Made by a program: the position numbers and the translations under genes
Shown: positions 48,669-59,492 of the stretch, in pieces
Numbering within the stretch: the first letter of the stretch is position 1
Layout of the letters: every line of letters starts with the position of its first letter
DNA from: Escherichia phage REP2
Sequence record: OQ174501.1
DNA length: 64,000 nt
Reading direction: 5' to 3' (one strand)
The notes under the pieces: generated by a model
The model's input: only the letters and a program-made list of their open reading frames with translations
Databases searched by the model: none
What the model was told of the DNA's origin: nothing

Positions 48669-50762
48669 ATGGAACTTATTACAGAATTATTTGACGAAGA
48701 TACTACTCTTCCGATTACAAACTTAAATCCAAAGAAGAAAATACCACAAATTTTTTCAGTTCATGTTGATGATGCAATTGAACAACCAGGCTTTCGTTTA
48801 TGTACCTATACATCTGGAGGTGATACTAATCGTGATTTAAAGATGGGCGATAAAATGATGCACATTGTTCCTTTTACATTAACTGCTAAAGGTTCAATTG
48901 CTAAATTAAAAGGTCTTGGTCCAAGCCCGATTAATTATATCAATTCAGTTTTTACTGTTGCAATGCAAACAATGCGTCAATATAAAATTGATGCCTGTAT
49001 GCTTCGTATTCTTAAGTCTAAAACCGCCGGTCAAGCTCGACAAATTCAACTTATTGCTGATAGACTCATCCGCAGTCGTTCAGGTGGCAGATACGTCCTT
49101 CTTAAGGAACTCTGGGATTACGATAAAAAGTATGCATATATTCTTATACATCGTAAAAATGTATCACTAGAAGACATTCCAGGAGTTCCAGAAATTAGCA
49201 CCGAGCTTTTTACTAAAGTTGAATCGAAGGTCGGTGATGTTTATATCAATAAAGATACTGGAGCTCAAGTAACCAAAAATGAGGCAATTGCTGCATCTAT
49301 TGCACAAGAAAATGATAAACGTTCTGACCAAGCCGTAATCGTTAAAGTTAAAATTTCCCGTAGAGCAATTGCACAAAGTCAGTCATTGGAATCTTCTAGA
49401 TTTGAAAGTGAATTATTCCAGAAGTATGAATCTACAGCAGCTAATTTTAATAAACCAGCTACTGCACCTTTAATTCCCGAAGCAGAAGAAATGAAAATTG
49501 GAATTAATTCATTAGCTTCTAAAACAAAGGCAGCAAAAATTATTGCTGAAGGAACGGCAGATGAACTTCACTATGATTATAAATTCTTTCCAATGAGTCA
49601 AGTCGGTGAAGTTTCAGAAAAAATTAAAGAAGTAATTTTTAATGCAATTAAAAATGAACCAACTACTTCAATAAAATGTTTAGAGAAATACGCAGCAGCT
49701 GTAAATCAATTCTTTGAAGATTATAAAGATAAATGGCTTGCTAATCATAATAAAAATCGTAAAGGACAACCAGATGAAGTCTGGGAAGAAATAACTAAAA
49801 ATTCCTGGAACGCAGCAAAAACTAAATTCCTCAAACGAATGATTTACAGTTTTTCTGGAATTGGTGCTGGTCCAATGATTGATATTACTATTGCCCGCGA
49901 TGGTTCTAAATATACTCCATCACAAAAGCGTGGCATTAGAGAATATTGCGGTTCAGGATATACTGACATCAATAATCTTCTTTTAGGTCGTTACAATCCA
50001 GAACGATACGATGTAATGAGTGAAAAAGAAATTGAATCTGCTATAAATAACTTAGATTCAGCTTTTGAAAATGGTGACCGTATACCAGAAGGCATTACAG
50101 TTTATCGTGCTCAAAGTATGACTGCTCCTATATATGAAGCGTTAGTTAAAAATAAAGTGTTCTACTTCAGAAATTTTGTATCTACTTCTTTAACTCCTAT
50201 CATTTTTGGACGTTTTGGAATCACACATGCTGGTATTGGTCTTTTAGAACCAGAAGCTCGTAACGAATTAACAGTTGATAAAAATGAAGAAGGAATAACT
50301 ATTAATCCAAACGAAATAAGAGCGTATAAAGAAAATCCTGAATATGTTAAAGTTCAAATAGGATGGGCAATTGATGGAGCTCATAAAGTTAATGTTGTAT
50401 ATCCAGGAAGTCTCGGAATAGCAACAGAAGCTGAAGTTATTCTACCACGCGGATTGATGGTCAAGGTTAATAAAATAACTGATGCTTCTAATAATGACGG
50501 AACAACATCTAATAATACAAAACTCATTCAAGCTGAAGTTATGACCACGGAAGAGCTCACCGAATCGGTAATCTATGATGGAGACCATTTAATGGAAACT
50601 GGTGAATTGGTTGCAATGACAGGTGATATTGAAATAGAAGACAGAGTTGACTTTGCATCATTTGTTTCATCAAATATTAAACAGAAAGTAGAATCATCTC
50701 TTGGAATTATTGCGTCTTGCATAGATATTACAAACATGCCTTACAAGTTCGTTCAAGGATAA
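48669..50762 (+). CDS. alt: Alt-type ADP-ribosyltransferase (head-packaged, injected)
   Basis: 697 codons; N-terminus MELITELFDEDTTLPITNLNPKKKIPQIFSVHVDD... matches T4 Alt as recalled; R-S-E type motifs (VYRAQ, FVSTSL, EAEVILPRG). Confidence 0.85.
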   Translation: MELITELFDEDTTLPITNLNPKKKIPQIFSVHVDDAIEQPGFRLCTYTSGGDTNRDLKMGDKMMHIVPFTLTAKGSIAKLKGLGPSPINYINSVFTVAMQTMRQYKIDACMLRILKSKTAGQARQIQLIADRLIRSRSGGRYVLLKELWDYDKKYAYILIHRKNVSLEDIPGVPEISTELFTKVESKVGDVYINKDTGAQVTKNEAIAASIAQENDKRSDQAVIVKVKISRRAIAQSQSLESSRFESELFQKYESTAANFNKPATAPLIPEAEEMKIGINSLASKTKAAKIIAEGTADELHYDYKFFPMSQVGEVSEKIKEVIFNAIKNEPTTSIKCLEKYAAAVNQFFEDYKDKWLANHNKNRKGQPDEVWEEITKNSWNAAKTKFLKRMIYSFSGIGAGPMIDITIARDGSKYTPSQKRGIREYCGSGYTDINNLLLGRYNPERYDVMSEKEIESAINNLDSAFENGDRIPEGITVYRAQSMTAPIYEALVKNKVFYFRNFVSTSLTPIIFGRFGITHAGIGLLEPEARNELTVDKNEEGITINPNEIRAYKENPEYVKVQIGWAIDGAHKVNVVYPGSLGIATEAEVILPRGLMVKVNKITDASNNDGTTSNNTKLIQAEVMTTEELTESVIYDGDHLMETGELVAMTGDIEIEDRVDFASFVSSNIKQKVESSLGIIASCIDITNMPYKFVQG

Positions 50763-50765
50763 ATC

Positions 50766-52823
50766 ATGGAACTTATTACAGAATTATTTGACGGCGCCGA
50801 AGCGCCGGTTGTTAACTTAAATCCTAAGCATAAAATACCTCAAATTTTTGCTATTCAAGCCGGTGAAGAAAGCGTTCTTCCTGGATTTCGATTTTGTACA
50901 TACACCTCTGGCGGTGATACGAATAAAAACGTTAAGCCAGGCGACAAAATGATGCATATCGTAATGATAGGTGTTAATGAGAAACTATCATTAGTTAAGC
51001 TTAAAAACTTGGGTGGAAATCCAATTGGCGTCATTAATGCTGTTTTTGATACTGCTCTTCAAACAATGAAGCAGTATAAAATTGATGCATGCCTATTCCG
51101 CGTACTAAAAAGTAAAACAAATGGCGCAGCTCGTCAAATGCAAGTTATTGCTGACCGTTTAGTACGTACTAAAGGAGCAGGTCGATATGTTCTTTTAAAG
51201 GAAATCTGGGATTATGATAAAAAGTACGCATATATTATGGTTTACCGTAAAAATGCCAATTTAGAAGACATTCCAGGTGTACCTCCTATTTCAACCGAGT
51301 TATTCACAAAAGTTGAATCAAAGGTTGGTGATGTTTATGTAGACGTTAAAACAGGTAATGCTGTTCCTAAAGCTGTTGCTGTTGCTGCTTCTATTGCTTT
51401 AGAAAATGATAAGCGCACGGATCAAGCTGTTATTCAGAAAACTAAAATTAGTCGTCGATTAGCAGCACAAGCTCAATATTCTACTGTTGATGCTTCACTT
51501 CAGGGTGATAGCTTCGCTGCTAAGAAATATCAAGAGTTTGAATCTAAAGTTCCGGTATATAAAGCAGAAGGACCAATGAACTCTGGCGTTATTCAGATTG
51601 GTTCAAACTTTAGCAAAGGAGCTATCGGTGGTATGAGAAGTGCTTCTCGTTTTAAATCTAGTGATTATGAACTCGAAAGCTTCCGAAATCATATTGCATT
51701 GGCTCATGCACGTTTACGTGATCCATCTATCAAGTTACAGAGCGATATAACATATCAAGGTTCTCAAGAATATTTAAAGAATAAAGAATTCTTTGATTAT
51801 AAAACTGATAAAATTTTAAGCGATCTTGCTGATATTAATATTTCTAATAGCTTTGATGTTATTAAGAAAATTATCAATGATTTAGTTAAAGGTTCTAAAG
51901 CTACACCAGATGAAAAGACAGCTATTATTCAATTTGTAATGAATGGAATTTATAAATTAATTGATGAATCTACTGCTCAGGCATATGAATATGCAAGCAC
52001 TGAAGTAACTCCAAAAGGATTAACTCAGGCTGAATCTGATGTAATTGAAGATTATTGCGCAGATTCATATGTTGAAATGAACTCGTTCCTTCTAGGTAAA
52101 CCTGATTCTACACGTGAAGAATATATGGAACGTGCTATTAAGCACATTGAGACGTTGGATTCTGCATTTGCTAAAGGTTCAGTTCTTCCTCCGGGAACTA
52201 CACTTTACCGTGGCCAAGAAGTTACTTTTAAAACTTTACGTCATAATATAGAAAATAAAATGTTCTATTTCAAGAACTTTGTATCTACTTCACTCAAGCC
52301 AAATATCTTCGGTGAATATGGTAAAAATTATATGGCTTTAGATGACGCTGGAACAGTATTTTCTGGTGAAGGAGAAGGTTCAGTTGATGCTGAAGATTTA
52401 ATGCATATGGGTAGTCATTCTACATATGCGAATGAAGACGCTGAAACTAATGTAGGTATGGTAATTAAAGGAGCTGAACGAGTTAAAGTTATCGTTCCAG
52501 GTCATTTATCAGGATTTCCATCCGAAGCTGAAGTTATTTTGCCGCGTGGAATTTTACTGAAGATTAATAAAGTAAGTACGTACATGATGAAAGAAACCGC
52601 TTATAATAAGTATCTAATTGAAGGCACGATTGTTCCTCCTTCTGAACAATTAGAGGAATCGGTATATGATGGTGACCATTTGATGGAAACCGGAGAAGTT
52701 CGTCCAATGGCTGGATTTAATCAATTCCTTGTAGAAGAATCAAAAGAAGAGGAAAGCGAAGTTTCTCAAATCTTAGCTTCTTTGGTTAACATCAACGGAA
52801 TGTCTAAAAAGTTCAAAATGTAG
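50766..52823 (+). CDS. Second Alt-like ADP-ribosyltransferase paralogue (685 aa)
   Basis: Same N-terminus (MELITELFD...NLNPK.KIPQIF) and same catalytic motifs (LYRGQ, FVSTSL, EAEVILPRG) as alt, with a divergent middle region; starts 4 nt after the alt stop. Confidence 0.8.
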   Translation: MELITELFDGAEAPVVNLNPKHKIPQIFAIQAGEESVLPGFRFCTYTSGGDTNKNVKPGDKMMHIVMIGVNEKLSLVKLKNLGGNPIGVINAVFDTALQTMKQYKIDACLFRVLKSKTNGAARQMQVIADRLVRTKGAGRYVLLKEIWDYDKKYAYIMVYRKNANLEDIPGVPPISTELFTKVESKVGDVYVDVKTGNAVPKAVAVAASIALENDKRTDQAVIQKTKISRRLAAQAQYSTVDASLQGDSFAAKKYQEFESKVPVYKAEGPMNSGVIQIGSNFSKGAIGGMRSASRFKSSDYELESFRNHIALAHARLRDPSIKLQSDITYQGSQEYLKNKEFFDYKTDKILSDLADINISNSFDVIKKIINDLVKGSKATPDEKTAIIQFVMNGIYKLIDESTAQAYEYASTEVTPKGLTQAESDVIEDYCADSYVEMNSFLLGKPDSTREEYMERAIKHIETLDSAFAKGSVLPPGTTLYRGQEVTFKTLRHNIENKMFYFKNFVSTSLKPNIFGEYGKNYMALDDAGTVFSGEGEGSVDAEDLMHMGSHSTYANEDAETNVGMVIKGAERVKVIVPGHLSGFPSEAEVILPRGILLKINKVSTYMMKETAYNKYLIEGTIVPPSEQLEESVYDGDHLMETGEVRPMAGFNQFLVEESKEEESEVSQILASLVNINGMSKKFKM

Positions 52824-52852
52824 TTTACAAGTCCCTCGTGTTGTGTTATAGT
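52823..52852 (+). promoter_or_regulatory. T4-type early promoter, second copy of the alc promoter-leader module
   Basis: GTTTAC at 52823-52828, 18-nt spacer, TATAGT at 52847-52852; near-identical to 36983-37040. Confidence 0.55.
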
Positions 52853-52883
52853 AGTTTTACTGACATAACATGAGGAACACAAA

Positions 52884-53174
52884 ATGAAATCTTCTTTGCG
52901 CTTTTTAGGTCAAGAACTCGTCGTTGAGGGCGTTATTCCCGCTGATAACGCTTTCAATGAAGCAGTTTATGATGAATTTATTAAAATTTTCGGAACCGAT
53001 AAAAAGTTTGGAATTTTTCCTTCTGAAAATTTTTCAAAGCCAGAACAGACTGAAAGTATTTTCCAAGGTGTAGTAACAGGTAAATTTGAGTCAGAAGCTC
53101 CGGTAAAAATTGAGGTTTATATTGAAGAAACCTCTGTTGCTTCAGTTGCTGCTTTTATTTCATTCCGTAAATAA
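52884..53174 (+). CDS. Hypothetical protein (96 aa)
   Basis: ORF with RBS GAGGAA; followed by a bidirectional terminator. Confidence 0.5.
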   Translation: MKSSLRFLGQELVVEGVIPADNAFNEAVYDEFIKIFGTDKKFGIFPSENFSKPEQTESIFQGVVTGKFESEAPVKIEVYIEETSVASVAAFISFRK

Positions 53175-53180
53175 AAATAT

Positions 53181-53198
53181 GGGGACCTTTCGGTCCCC
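53181..53198. terminator. Bidirectional terminator hairpin GGGGACC-TTTC-GGTCCCC between convergent genes
   Basis: Perfect 7-bp stem between the plus-strand ORF ending at 53174 and minus-strand gene 54 ending at 53203; A/T-rich on both sides. Confidence 0.6.
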
Positions 53199-53202
53199 AT
53201 TG

Positions 53203-54168
53203 TTATATTGCTCCTAATATTTTACTTTGCGAATTGACAATTCCTGTCATAGTATTAATATTTGAAATGCTTCCTGCAGTTCCCCCTAATCTACTAAGTC
53301 GTGAAAGCGAATTAGATAGTCCAGTAACACCTCCACTATTTCCGAGAACGCTTTGAATACCATTTATAGTAGCAGATTCAAGCCATTCAAGGGCAGCTTG
53401 TCTATCAACTGCTCCAGCCTGCATCACTCTATACGCAAAAGTAACGTCAAATGTAGTTATTTGGTTATCTCCATCATATGATAACTCAGGAGCGCTCACT
53501 GATATTGGAATGCATCCAGTGAACATCACCGCAGTATGAGGTAATCCATTGCGAGAATGAAGATTAACCTGAATATCTGCCTCGACATCTTGCGGCAAAG
53601 CACGCAATCCAGTTACTGGGTCTTGAACAGCGTTAACCCAGTCTTGCATTGCACGATAGTTACAAGCTTCTGAATCCATTCTGAATGAAATAACCAAAGG
53701 GTCTAATTCTCTTCCAGTTATACGAATATTAGGAGAATTATAGTTCCAGTCAGTTTCATAGGATAATCTATTCTCTGGCATTTTTACAGAATATATCATC
53801 AATCCAGATGAGTTATATGCCATGTTAAAGAAGTCAATTAAATATGTACCAACTGTAAATGAGCCTAATAAACTCTGAACAGTACGCTGACTCATAGCGC
53901 CAATAAGATATTTACTGACTCCCGATTTTCTTATTAGTTTTTGTGTGCCAGCGGTAATTAGCGTGGTAATTCCCTGATTAATATCACCTTGAGTTAATCC
54001 CAACCAATCTGAATTTAGACCCAAGTTATTATAAGCAAAGTTACTAATTGAGCTTATTAACGATGAGCTTTTAGTTGATGGAGTTGTAGCAAAAACACAG
54101 CTGAACATATTATTACGTTGGAAGTCTGCGTTTATTGCTTGATTATTAAATTCCTCTAAAGAATACAT
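53203..54168 (-). CDS. 54: Baseplate tail-tube initiator gp54
   Basis: 321 codons (T4 gp54 about 320); order 51-27-28-29-48-54. Confidence 0.85.
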   Translation of the reverse strand: MYSLEEFNNQAINADFQRNNMFSCVFATTPSTKSSSLISSISNFAYNNLGLNSDWLGLTQGDINQGITTLITAGTQKLIRKSGVSKYLIGAMSQRTVQSLLGSFTVGTYLIDFFNMAYNSSGLMIYSVKMPENRLSYETDWNYNSPNIRITGRELDPLVISFRMDSEACNYRAMQDWVNAVQDPVTGLRALPQDVEADIQVNLHSRNGLPHTAVMFTGCIPISVSAPELSYDGDNQITTFDVTFAYRVMQAGAVDRQAALEWLESATINGIQSVLGNSGGVTGLSNSLSRLSRLGGTAGSISNINTMTGIVNSQSKILGAI

Positions 54169-55262
54169 TAGAAAGTCCCCGTATATAAAGAAGCACGGTT
54201 TAACGTAATAATCTCTCTCATAGTAATCTCGAGTGTAAAAGAACTTGGAAGGTTAGGAGCAATAGCTAATCCATTAAAGTTACCATTTGGTGTTTTATCA
54301 AATCTAATACTCTGTATTTGGCATGGACCGAATACTTCAGTCTTTCCATCAAATTTAGAAGTTGCACCAAAGTTTTTCACCATCCAAATTGTCGGGTTTG
54401 AAACTACAAGAACGTTCGTTAAACTCGATGTCATTTTTTCAAATAACGTCTTGTTTTTAATCGCGTCTTCTGGCGTTAATGGTTCAATAAATGTAGAACG
54501 ATACCACTCATCTAAATATCCTTTTATTTCAGCAGCATATTGAGATTTACCAGTTTCACCGTAAGAAAAATAGTTAAAATACTGATAGATATTAATAATA
54601 GCCATTAAATCTTCTGTTGAGCGCGGAGTTAAATCCCAAGTGAACACTTTAGTTCTATTTTCAGCACCGCCGTACATGCTTCTGGCTGTTGTATAGATCT
54701 GTTCATTATTATCAGCCATTATACCTTGTGTTATACTTTCCAACGCTCCAAATACTGCGGTTGAAGCCATATTGCTTAGAACACCAGTAGCAGTACCTCC
54801 GCCTTTTGTAATAAGACTATCTTGAACATCATTAAATCTATGTGATGACGTATCGACGTCAGATTTAGATCTAGGTAAAAGAATATTTGCAACAGGAACT
54901 TTACTTATTGTTCCTGAATTATTATCTGATATTAGTCCATTTGATAGTTTTGATACTGTATTACTGATAGTGTTTCTGGCTGTACGTAAAATACTCGAAG
55001 ATGAAGAAGAGTAGTTAGATCTCATCGTTCTAAGACTTCCAGAATCCCTAGATGACATATTGTATGCAGTAAATAATAATCCATTCTTATATAGATCTGT
55101 TACCTGGAAGTCCCCTGTAGTGTCATTACCACTAGCACGCCCAGTTGGAAACTGGGCTGTGTATGTTTTAGTTCCTACTTCTGATTTAGTACTCTGTCCG
55201 GCTGAAATTGTTTCACCGGACTTTTTAATTAAATCAGCAGTTATTTCTTTAACAATTGCCAT
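54168..55262 (-). CDS. 48: Baseplate tail-tube cap protein gp48
   Basis: 364 codons as in T4 gp48. Confidence 0.85.
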   Translation of the reverse strand: MAIVKEITADLIKKSGETISAGQSTKSEVGTKTYTAQFPTGRASGNDTTGDFQVTDLYKNGLLFTAYNMSSRDSGSLRTMRSNYSSSSSSILRTARNTISNTVSKLSNGLISDNNSGTISKVPVANILLPRSKSDVDTSSHRFNDVQDSLITKGGGTATGVLSNMASTAVFGALESITQGIMADNNEQIYTTARSMYGGAENRTKVFTWDLTPRSTEDLMAIINIYQYFNYFSYGETGKSQYAAEIKGYLDEWYRSTFIEPLTPEDAIKNKTLFEKMTSSLTNVLVVSNPTIWMVKNFGATSKFDGKTEVFGPCQIQSIRFDKTPNGNFNGLAIAPNLPSSFTLEITMREIITLNRASLYTGTF

Positions 55263-55270
55263 ATTATTCC

Positions 55271-57043
55271 TTAATTAACTCCCGTCGCACCAAATACACC
55301 AGGAGCAGTTGTGCTTGTGACAGGTGTCATATTATGAACGACAGTATTTTTCTTAATAACATTATTAGTATTATTGATTGAAGGAGATGCTTGTTGAACA
55401 GGAGCTTGTTGTGCTTTGTTCTTTTCAATCACCTGGACCTGTTTTGCCTCTGGTGATTTAGCAGAAGTTTCAGGTTTTGCTTCAGGTTGATTTTTCTTGA
55501 GCTCTTGATAAGTGGCATCAATTTTAGCAAATCTAGAAGCAAGTTCTTTTTTAACTGCTGGTGAATTATTTAAATCCGGATCATTCATTCGTTTTTTAAG
55601 GTCTTCATGAGCAGCTTCAATTGATTTAACTGTCGAGTCTTTGCTCATATCAGCTGAATCAGCGTATTTTTCAAAACGAATCATCGCAGCACGAGCTTCA
55701 TTAGCTTTCATTAAAGCATTTTTTCTTTCTTCCGGTGAAAGTTGTTTTAATTTTTCTTCTTCTGCTGCACGTTCTTCGTCAGTAGTCAATGCTTCTTTAT
55801 TATCTACACCACGAATCCAGTTAGATGCACGAGTTTTCCAGTTCGCAATTTTGTCTAATCCTTTTGCTATTGGGCCAAGATCATCATTCATTCGTTTATC
55901 TTGATAATTTGCTACTTTTTCTTGGTCTTCTTTATTAAGAGATGCTCCAGTAGAATTTTGGAAATTTTCTAATGCTCTTCCTTCTACTTCATCAGCAGTA
56001 TCCTTCATGCCAGGAATGACTCGAAGAATTGCTGCAGATAATTTAGCCATACCTAATTGAATAAGCTCTCCTAAATTATAAAGAACACTTCCAAGCCCTT
56101 CAACAATAGCTACTGTCAATCCGCCCCAATCTCCAGCTTCCCAAAGTTGTTTAATTTTATCAATAGAATCAAAGATGCTCTGTAATAAAGGACCCCATGT
56201 TCCGGTTTCGCTAGAGAATTTAGTAAAATCAGTGCTAAATAAATCCCAGGCTTTTGAAAATTTATCTGACCAGTATTTAAAATGAACCATCAGCAGGTCT
56301 ATTCCAATAACAACAGCCATTATCAATGCAACCATTTTAGCAGCTTCAATAGCAGCACTGACGGTATACTTAAATAGCATGCTAGATATTTTATCAGTAA
56401 TTGAAATAGATTTCTTAAATCCGAAATCAACTGTCTTTGTTAATTTATCTAAAGCTTGAGATAATTTTAAGTTAAATGCGTCTCTTTTTTGCTTCTCTTC
56501 TGGAGACTCTTGTTTTGGTTCAATTGGCTGAGGAGTAGGGAAAAAATCAGCATCAGGATCATTATTAACTGCTTCAGGAGCCGGTAATAAAGGACCCACA
56601 GATTCAGCTGTATCATCCTCGACGACTTTAACAGGAATAGCATTTTCGACTACTGCTAAACTCGTTCCAGTTTGCTGAATTCCAGCTGTCTGAATTTTTT
56701 GTTCCAGTAAACTTGTTAATTTATCTAATTTGCTTCCGAGCGATTCACCGATTTCTTTATTAATATTGTTTCCAATTTCAACAGTTTCAGCAATTAACTC
56801 AGAACCGGCAGTAGTATCACTTACTGCGCTTTCAACGTTATCAATTGCTCCAACTATTTCATTTGATTTTTCTTCAACAGTCTGAGCTATTAATTCAGAA
56901 GCAGCTTGAGCATCATCTAATTTTGTAGAAATGTCATTAAGACCAGATAAAGTATTAGAAGCGGATTTAGCCGCGTCCTGTGTTGGTTTATTATCTGAAA
57001 TAACTTTTCTACGCATCGTTTGCATTTCTTGTGGCTTTTTCAT
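55271..57043 (-). CDS. 29: Baseplate hub / tail-length determining protein gp29
   Basis: 590 codons as in T4 gp29. Confidence 0.85.
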   Translation of the reverse strand: MKKPQEMQTMRRKVISDNKPTQDAAKSASNTLSGLNDISTKLDDAQAASELIAQTVEEKSNEIVGAIDNVESAVSDTTAGSELIAETVEIGNNINKEIGESLGSKLDKLTSLLEQKIQTAGIQQTGTSLAVVENAIPVKVVEDDTAESVGPLLPAPEAVNNDPDADFFPTPQPIEPKQESPEEKQKRDAFNLKLSQALDKLTKTVDFGFKKSISITDKISSMLFKYTVSAAIEAAKMVALIMAVVIGIDLLMVHFKYWSDKFSKAWDLFSTDFTKFSSETGTWGPLLQSIFDSIDKIKQLWEAGDWGGLTVAIVEGLGSVLYNLGELIQLGMAKLSAAILRVIPGMKDTADEVEGRALENFQNSTGASLNKEDQEKVANYQDKRMNDDLGPIAKGLDKIANWKTRASNWIRGVDNKEALTTDEERAAEEEKLKQLSPEERKNALMKANEARAAMIRFEKYADSADMSKDSTVKSIEAAHEDLKKRMNDPDLNNSPAVKKELASRFAKIDATYQELKKNQPEAKPETSAKSPEAKQVQVIEKNKAQQAPVQQASPSINNTNNVIKKNTVVHNMTPVTSTTAPGVFGATGVN

Positions 57044-57573
57044 TCAAATAATCCAATAATATTGCCAATTCCGGTTATTGGACCATTAGGGCCAGGAATT
57101 GCTAAAGTTGTAGAAATATCATTTGCCCATTTTAAAACAAATGCTGGCATCTCAAGAAAATTAATTTCTTTAACTTCATCATTGACCTTAAGCAAGCATT
57201 TGGATAACATATCGCTTACAGTTAAAAATTGTTCAAATTTTCCAGGAGGTCTAAAATAAAATGTATTTCCTTGGTATTGAAATTCCAATCTTTGACATAC
57301 ATAAACGTCATTAATATCATAAGTATAACCATCTATTTCTTTACGAGATTTAATCTTTCCATTAAATTCTAGCAAATGAATAGAAACGAAATCAACTTCT
57401 GCCGGTGATAAATTTGGACAAATAGAATCAATAAGAAGCTTTAAATTTTCATCAGGACCTTTAACATCTTTTAAAATGTTATAATGTTTAAGACCCATCT
57501 TAGGAATAGAAACTTCTTTATTACTTATCGGAAGAACTACTTTCTTCAGTGGTAGTATCAGTTTTAAATTCAT
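57040..57573 (-). CDS. 28: Baseplate hub distal subunit gp28
   Basis: Starting at the internal Met ([11 protein letters not shown]...) gives 177 codons as in T4 gp28; overlaps the gene 27 3' end. Confidence 0.75.
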   Translation of the reverse strand: MNLKLILPLKKVVLPISNKEVSIPKMGLKHYNILKDVKGPDENLKLLIDSICPNLSPAEVDFVSIHLLEFNGKIKSRKEIDGYTYDINDVYVCQRLEFQYQGNTFYFRPPGKFEQFLTVSDMLSKCLLKVNDEVKEINFLEMPAFVLKWANDISTTLAIPGPNGPITGIGNIIGLFE

Positions 57574-58693
57574 TTTTAACCTTAACTGGGTCGATTGTTT
57601 CCAGTTTCGTTGCATTAGTGAACATATATAGATGAGTTACTGAATTATTATTGGATAATTCATGGATAACTTCATCAACGTAAAATTCTGTTTTAAATTG
57701 GTTTTTACTATCATTAAAAATAATTTTAACGCCAGGAGTCAAGTTAAAATTACCGACAGTAGAACATTTAGCATAGCCATCGTATTGTGCCATAGTTTGA
57801 AGACGAATAGCTTCTTCATAGCCATTCCTATAAGTCATTTCAGAATAAGCACCTGACCTTGACACTACAATAGAGTTTTCGCCCTTTCCTGTAGTAATCA
57901 TTGGCAATGAAGAATCTAAAAATGAATGAGCATAGATAGTAGCATTTTTCATTGGGTCGCGTTTATGAGGATTCGATTTAGTCAACCAAACGAAATCATA
58001 TGCTAATGGATATTTTAATTCTTGGATGAATTGACCTATTAAAGATGGCTCACCGACAATCATTGGATACGGTTCTTGATTTATCATCATATCATAGTCC
58101 ATCATGTTAACTCCCATGATGTCTTGCCATACAAATACAAATTTGTCACTTCCTACAGCTAGAGCAACTTCTCTGACATACGACAAATAGTTTTCAAATG
58201 TGCTAGTCCATGGAATATCAGGAACATAAGCATTTATAGCATTTATTGCTGGAGTTAATAACGTGCGATCCTGATAAATGACACCAAGCATTTCCTTTAT
58301 AGATTCGCCTGCATCAGAGAAAAACGGTCTGCCAAATTTAAGATTTTCTATAGAATGAATAGTTCCCAATTCAATAGCAATGATGTTATCACCCTTTGAA
58401 TCTACCGATACGGAAAAGTGCTTACATCCATAAATTCGTGTTTTAACATTATTAATATCGTTTGCATTAGCTACAGAAATCTGAATTATTTCATTTCCAT
58501 CCATTTTTGTATGGATATTTTTAGAATCATAAAACTGCAGCATTCCTTCATTTCGACCATAAAGAGAATCCCGCATAGTTAATGTGGTAATAGTAGCAGC
58601 TAATTCAACAAATCTATTATTACTCCAAGCGTCATAACTCTCAAATAATTTAACGCTGAGATTTGGATATCCGGGGCGTTGCAACATACTCAT
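57521..58693 (-). CDS. 27: Baseplate hub subunit gp27
   Basis: 390 codons (T4 gp27 about 391). Confidence 0.85.
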   Translation of the reverse strand: MSMLQRPGYPNLSVKLFESYDAWSNNRFVELAATITTLTMRDSLYGRNEGMLQFYDSKNIHTKMDGNEIIQISVANANDINNVKTRIYGCKHFSVSVDSKGDNIIAIELGTIHSIENLKFGRPFFSDAGESIKEMLGVIYQDRTLLTPAINAINAYVPDIPWTSTFENYLSYVREVALAVGSDKFVFVWQDIMGVNMMDYDMMINQEPYPMIVGEPSLIGQFIQELKYPLAYDFVWLTKSNPHKRDPMKNATIYAHSFLDSSLPMITTGKGENSIVVSRSGAYSEMTYRNGYEEAIRLQTMAQYDGYAKCSTVGNFNLTPGVKIIFNDSKNQFKTEFYVDEVIHELSNNNSVTHLYMFTNATKLETIDPVKVKNEFKTDTTTEESSSSDK

Positions 58694-59442
58694 TGTTGTT
58701 TATCCTTCTCAATCAGTTTTAATACGAATCCGCGCTCAGCAGGAATCATTTTCATTATTGAATTTAAGCTATAATTACTTTTTACAAGTGTGTGATTAAT
58801 TTGATAAAAAGTAAATATCTCATCTGGATTAACTAATAGCTTAAACACATCTACTATATCAGTGTATTTTTTTACATACTTATTACAACACGACATATGC
58901 AGTGTTAAATTAATAGGATTCATTGCATCGAGAATTTTTTCTAATGTTTCTATCTCGATGGCATCAACAAGTTCTATTTGACTCGATTCGCTAATTTCCT
59001 TCCAATCATACCACATTTCATCTACTTGAACGGAATGAATATTTTCAGTAATCATCTTTGCTTTATTTTCATAAAACTCAGAAGGAAACTTTAATTTAAT
59101 TTTAACATTAGCTACATCAAAAACAGGTTCCTTTAATTCTTTTTGATATATTTCAAATGGAACTGTCTTTTCTTTTTTGCATTTTGGACATACAAATGTG
59201 ACCGGTACTTTAGTTTTACCTATTGACCCTACAAATACCTGCAAAAATATAAATGGTTGCCAAGTCTTCGGATAGTCTCCAAAATAATCGGCAATTAAAT
59301 CAGCAATTATTTCTTTTTGTTCTTGTGGTGACCGATGTTCTATATCGTTTCGAACTAACAAAAAATCTCGATAATCTTCTACCGTAAATGGTTTAAAACG
59401 ATGAACACCATCTGGTAATTTACAACGAATAATGTTTGCCAT
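58690..59442 (-). CDS. 51: Baseplate hub assembly catalyst gp51
   Basis: 250 codons (T4 gp51 about 249); first gene of the minus-strand hub operon. Confidence 0.8.
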   Translation of the reverse strand: MANIIRCKLPDGVHRFKPFTVEDYRDFLLVRNDIEHRSPQEQKEIIADLIADYFGDYPKTWQPFIFLQVFVGSIGKTKVPVTFVCPKCKKEKTVPFEIYQKELKEPVFDVANVKIKLKFPSEFYENKAKMITENIHSVQVDEMWYDWKEISESSQIELVDAIEIETLEKILDAMNPINLTLHMSCCNKYVKKYTDIVDVFKLLVNPDEIFTFYQINHTLVKSNYSLNSIMKMIPAERGFVLKLIEKDKQQ

Positions 59443-59459
59443 AGATGCTCCTTTTATTC

Positions 59460-59467
59460 TATTTATA
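59460..59467 (-). promoter_or_regulatory. Late promoter TATAAATA (gene 51 hub operon)
   Basis: Exact TATAAATA on the minus strand about 18 nt upstream of the gene 51 start. Confidence 0.65.
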
Positions 59468-59471
59468 AATA
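59464..59471 (+). promoter_or_regulatory. Late promoter TATAAATA (gene 26), overlapping the divergent gene 51 promoter
   Basis: Exact TATAAATA on the plus strand about 22 nt upstream of the gene 26 ATG; the two late promoters share the palindrome TATTTATAAATA. Confidence 0.65.
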
Positions 59472-59492
59472 TGATAAATAAAGGAGCTAAAT

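Noticed and set aside
55060-55278. Plus-strand ORF 55060-55278 and 55641-55904 inside genes 48 and 29
   Set aside because: Antisense shadow ORFs within the baseplate operon.
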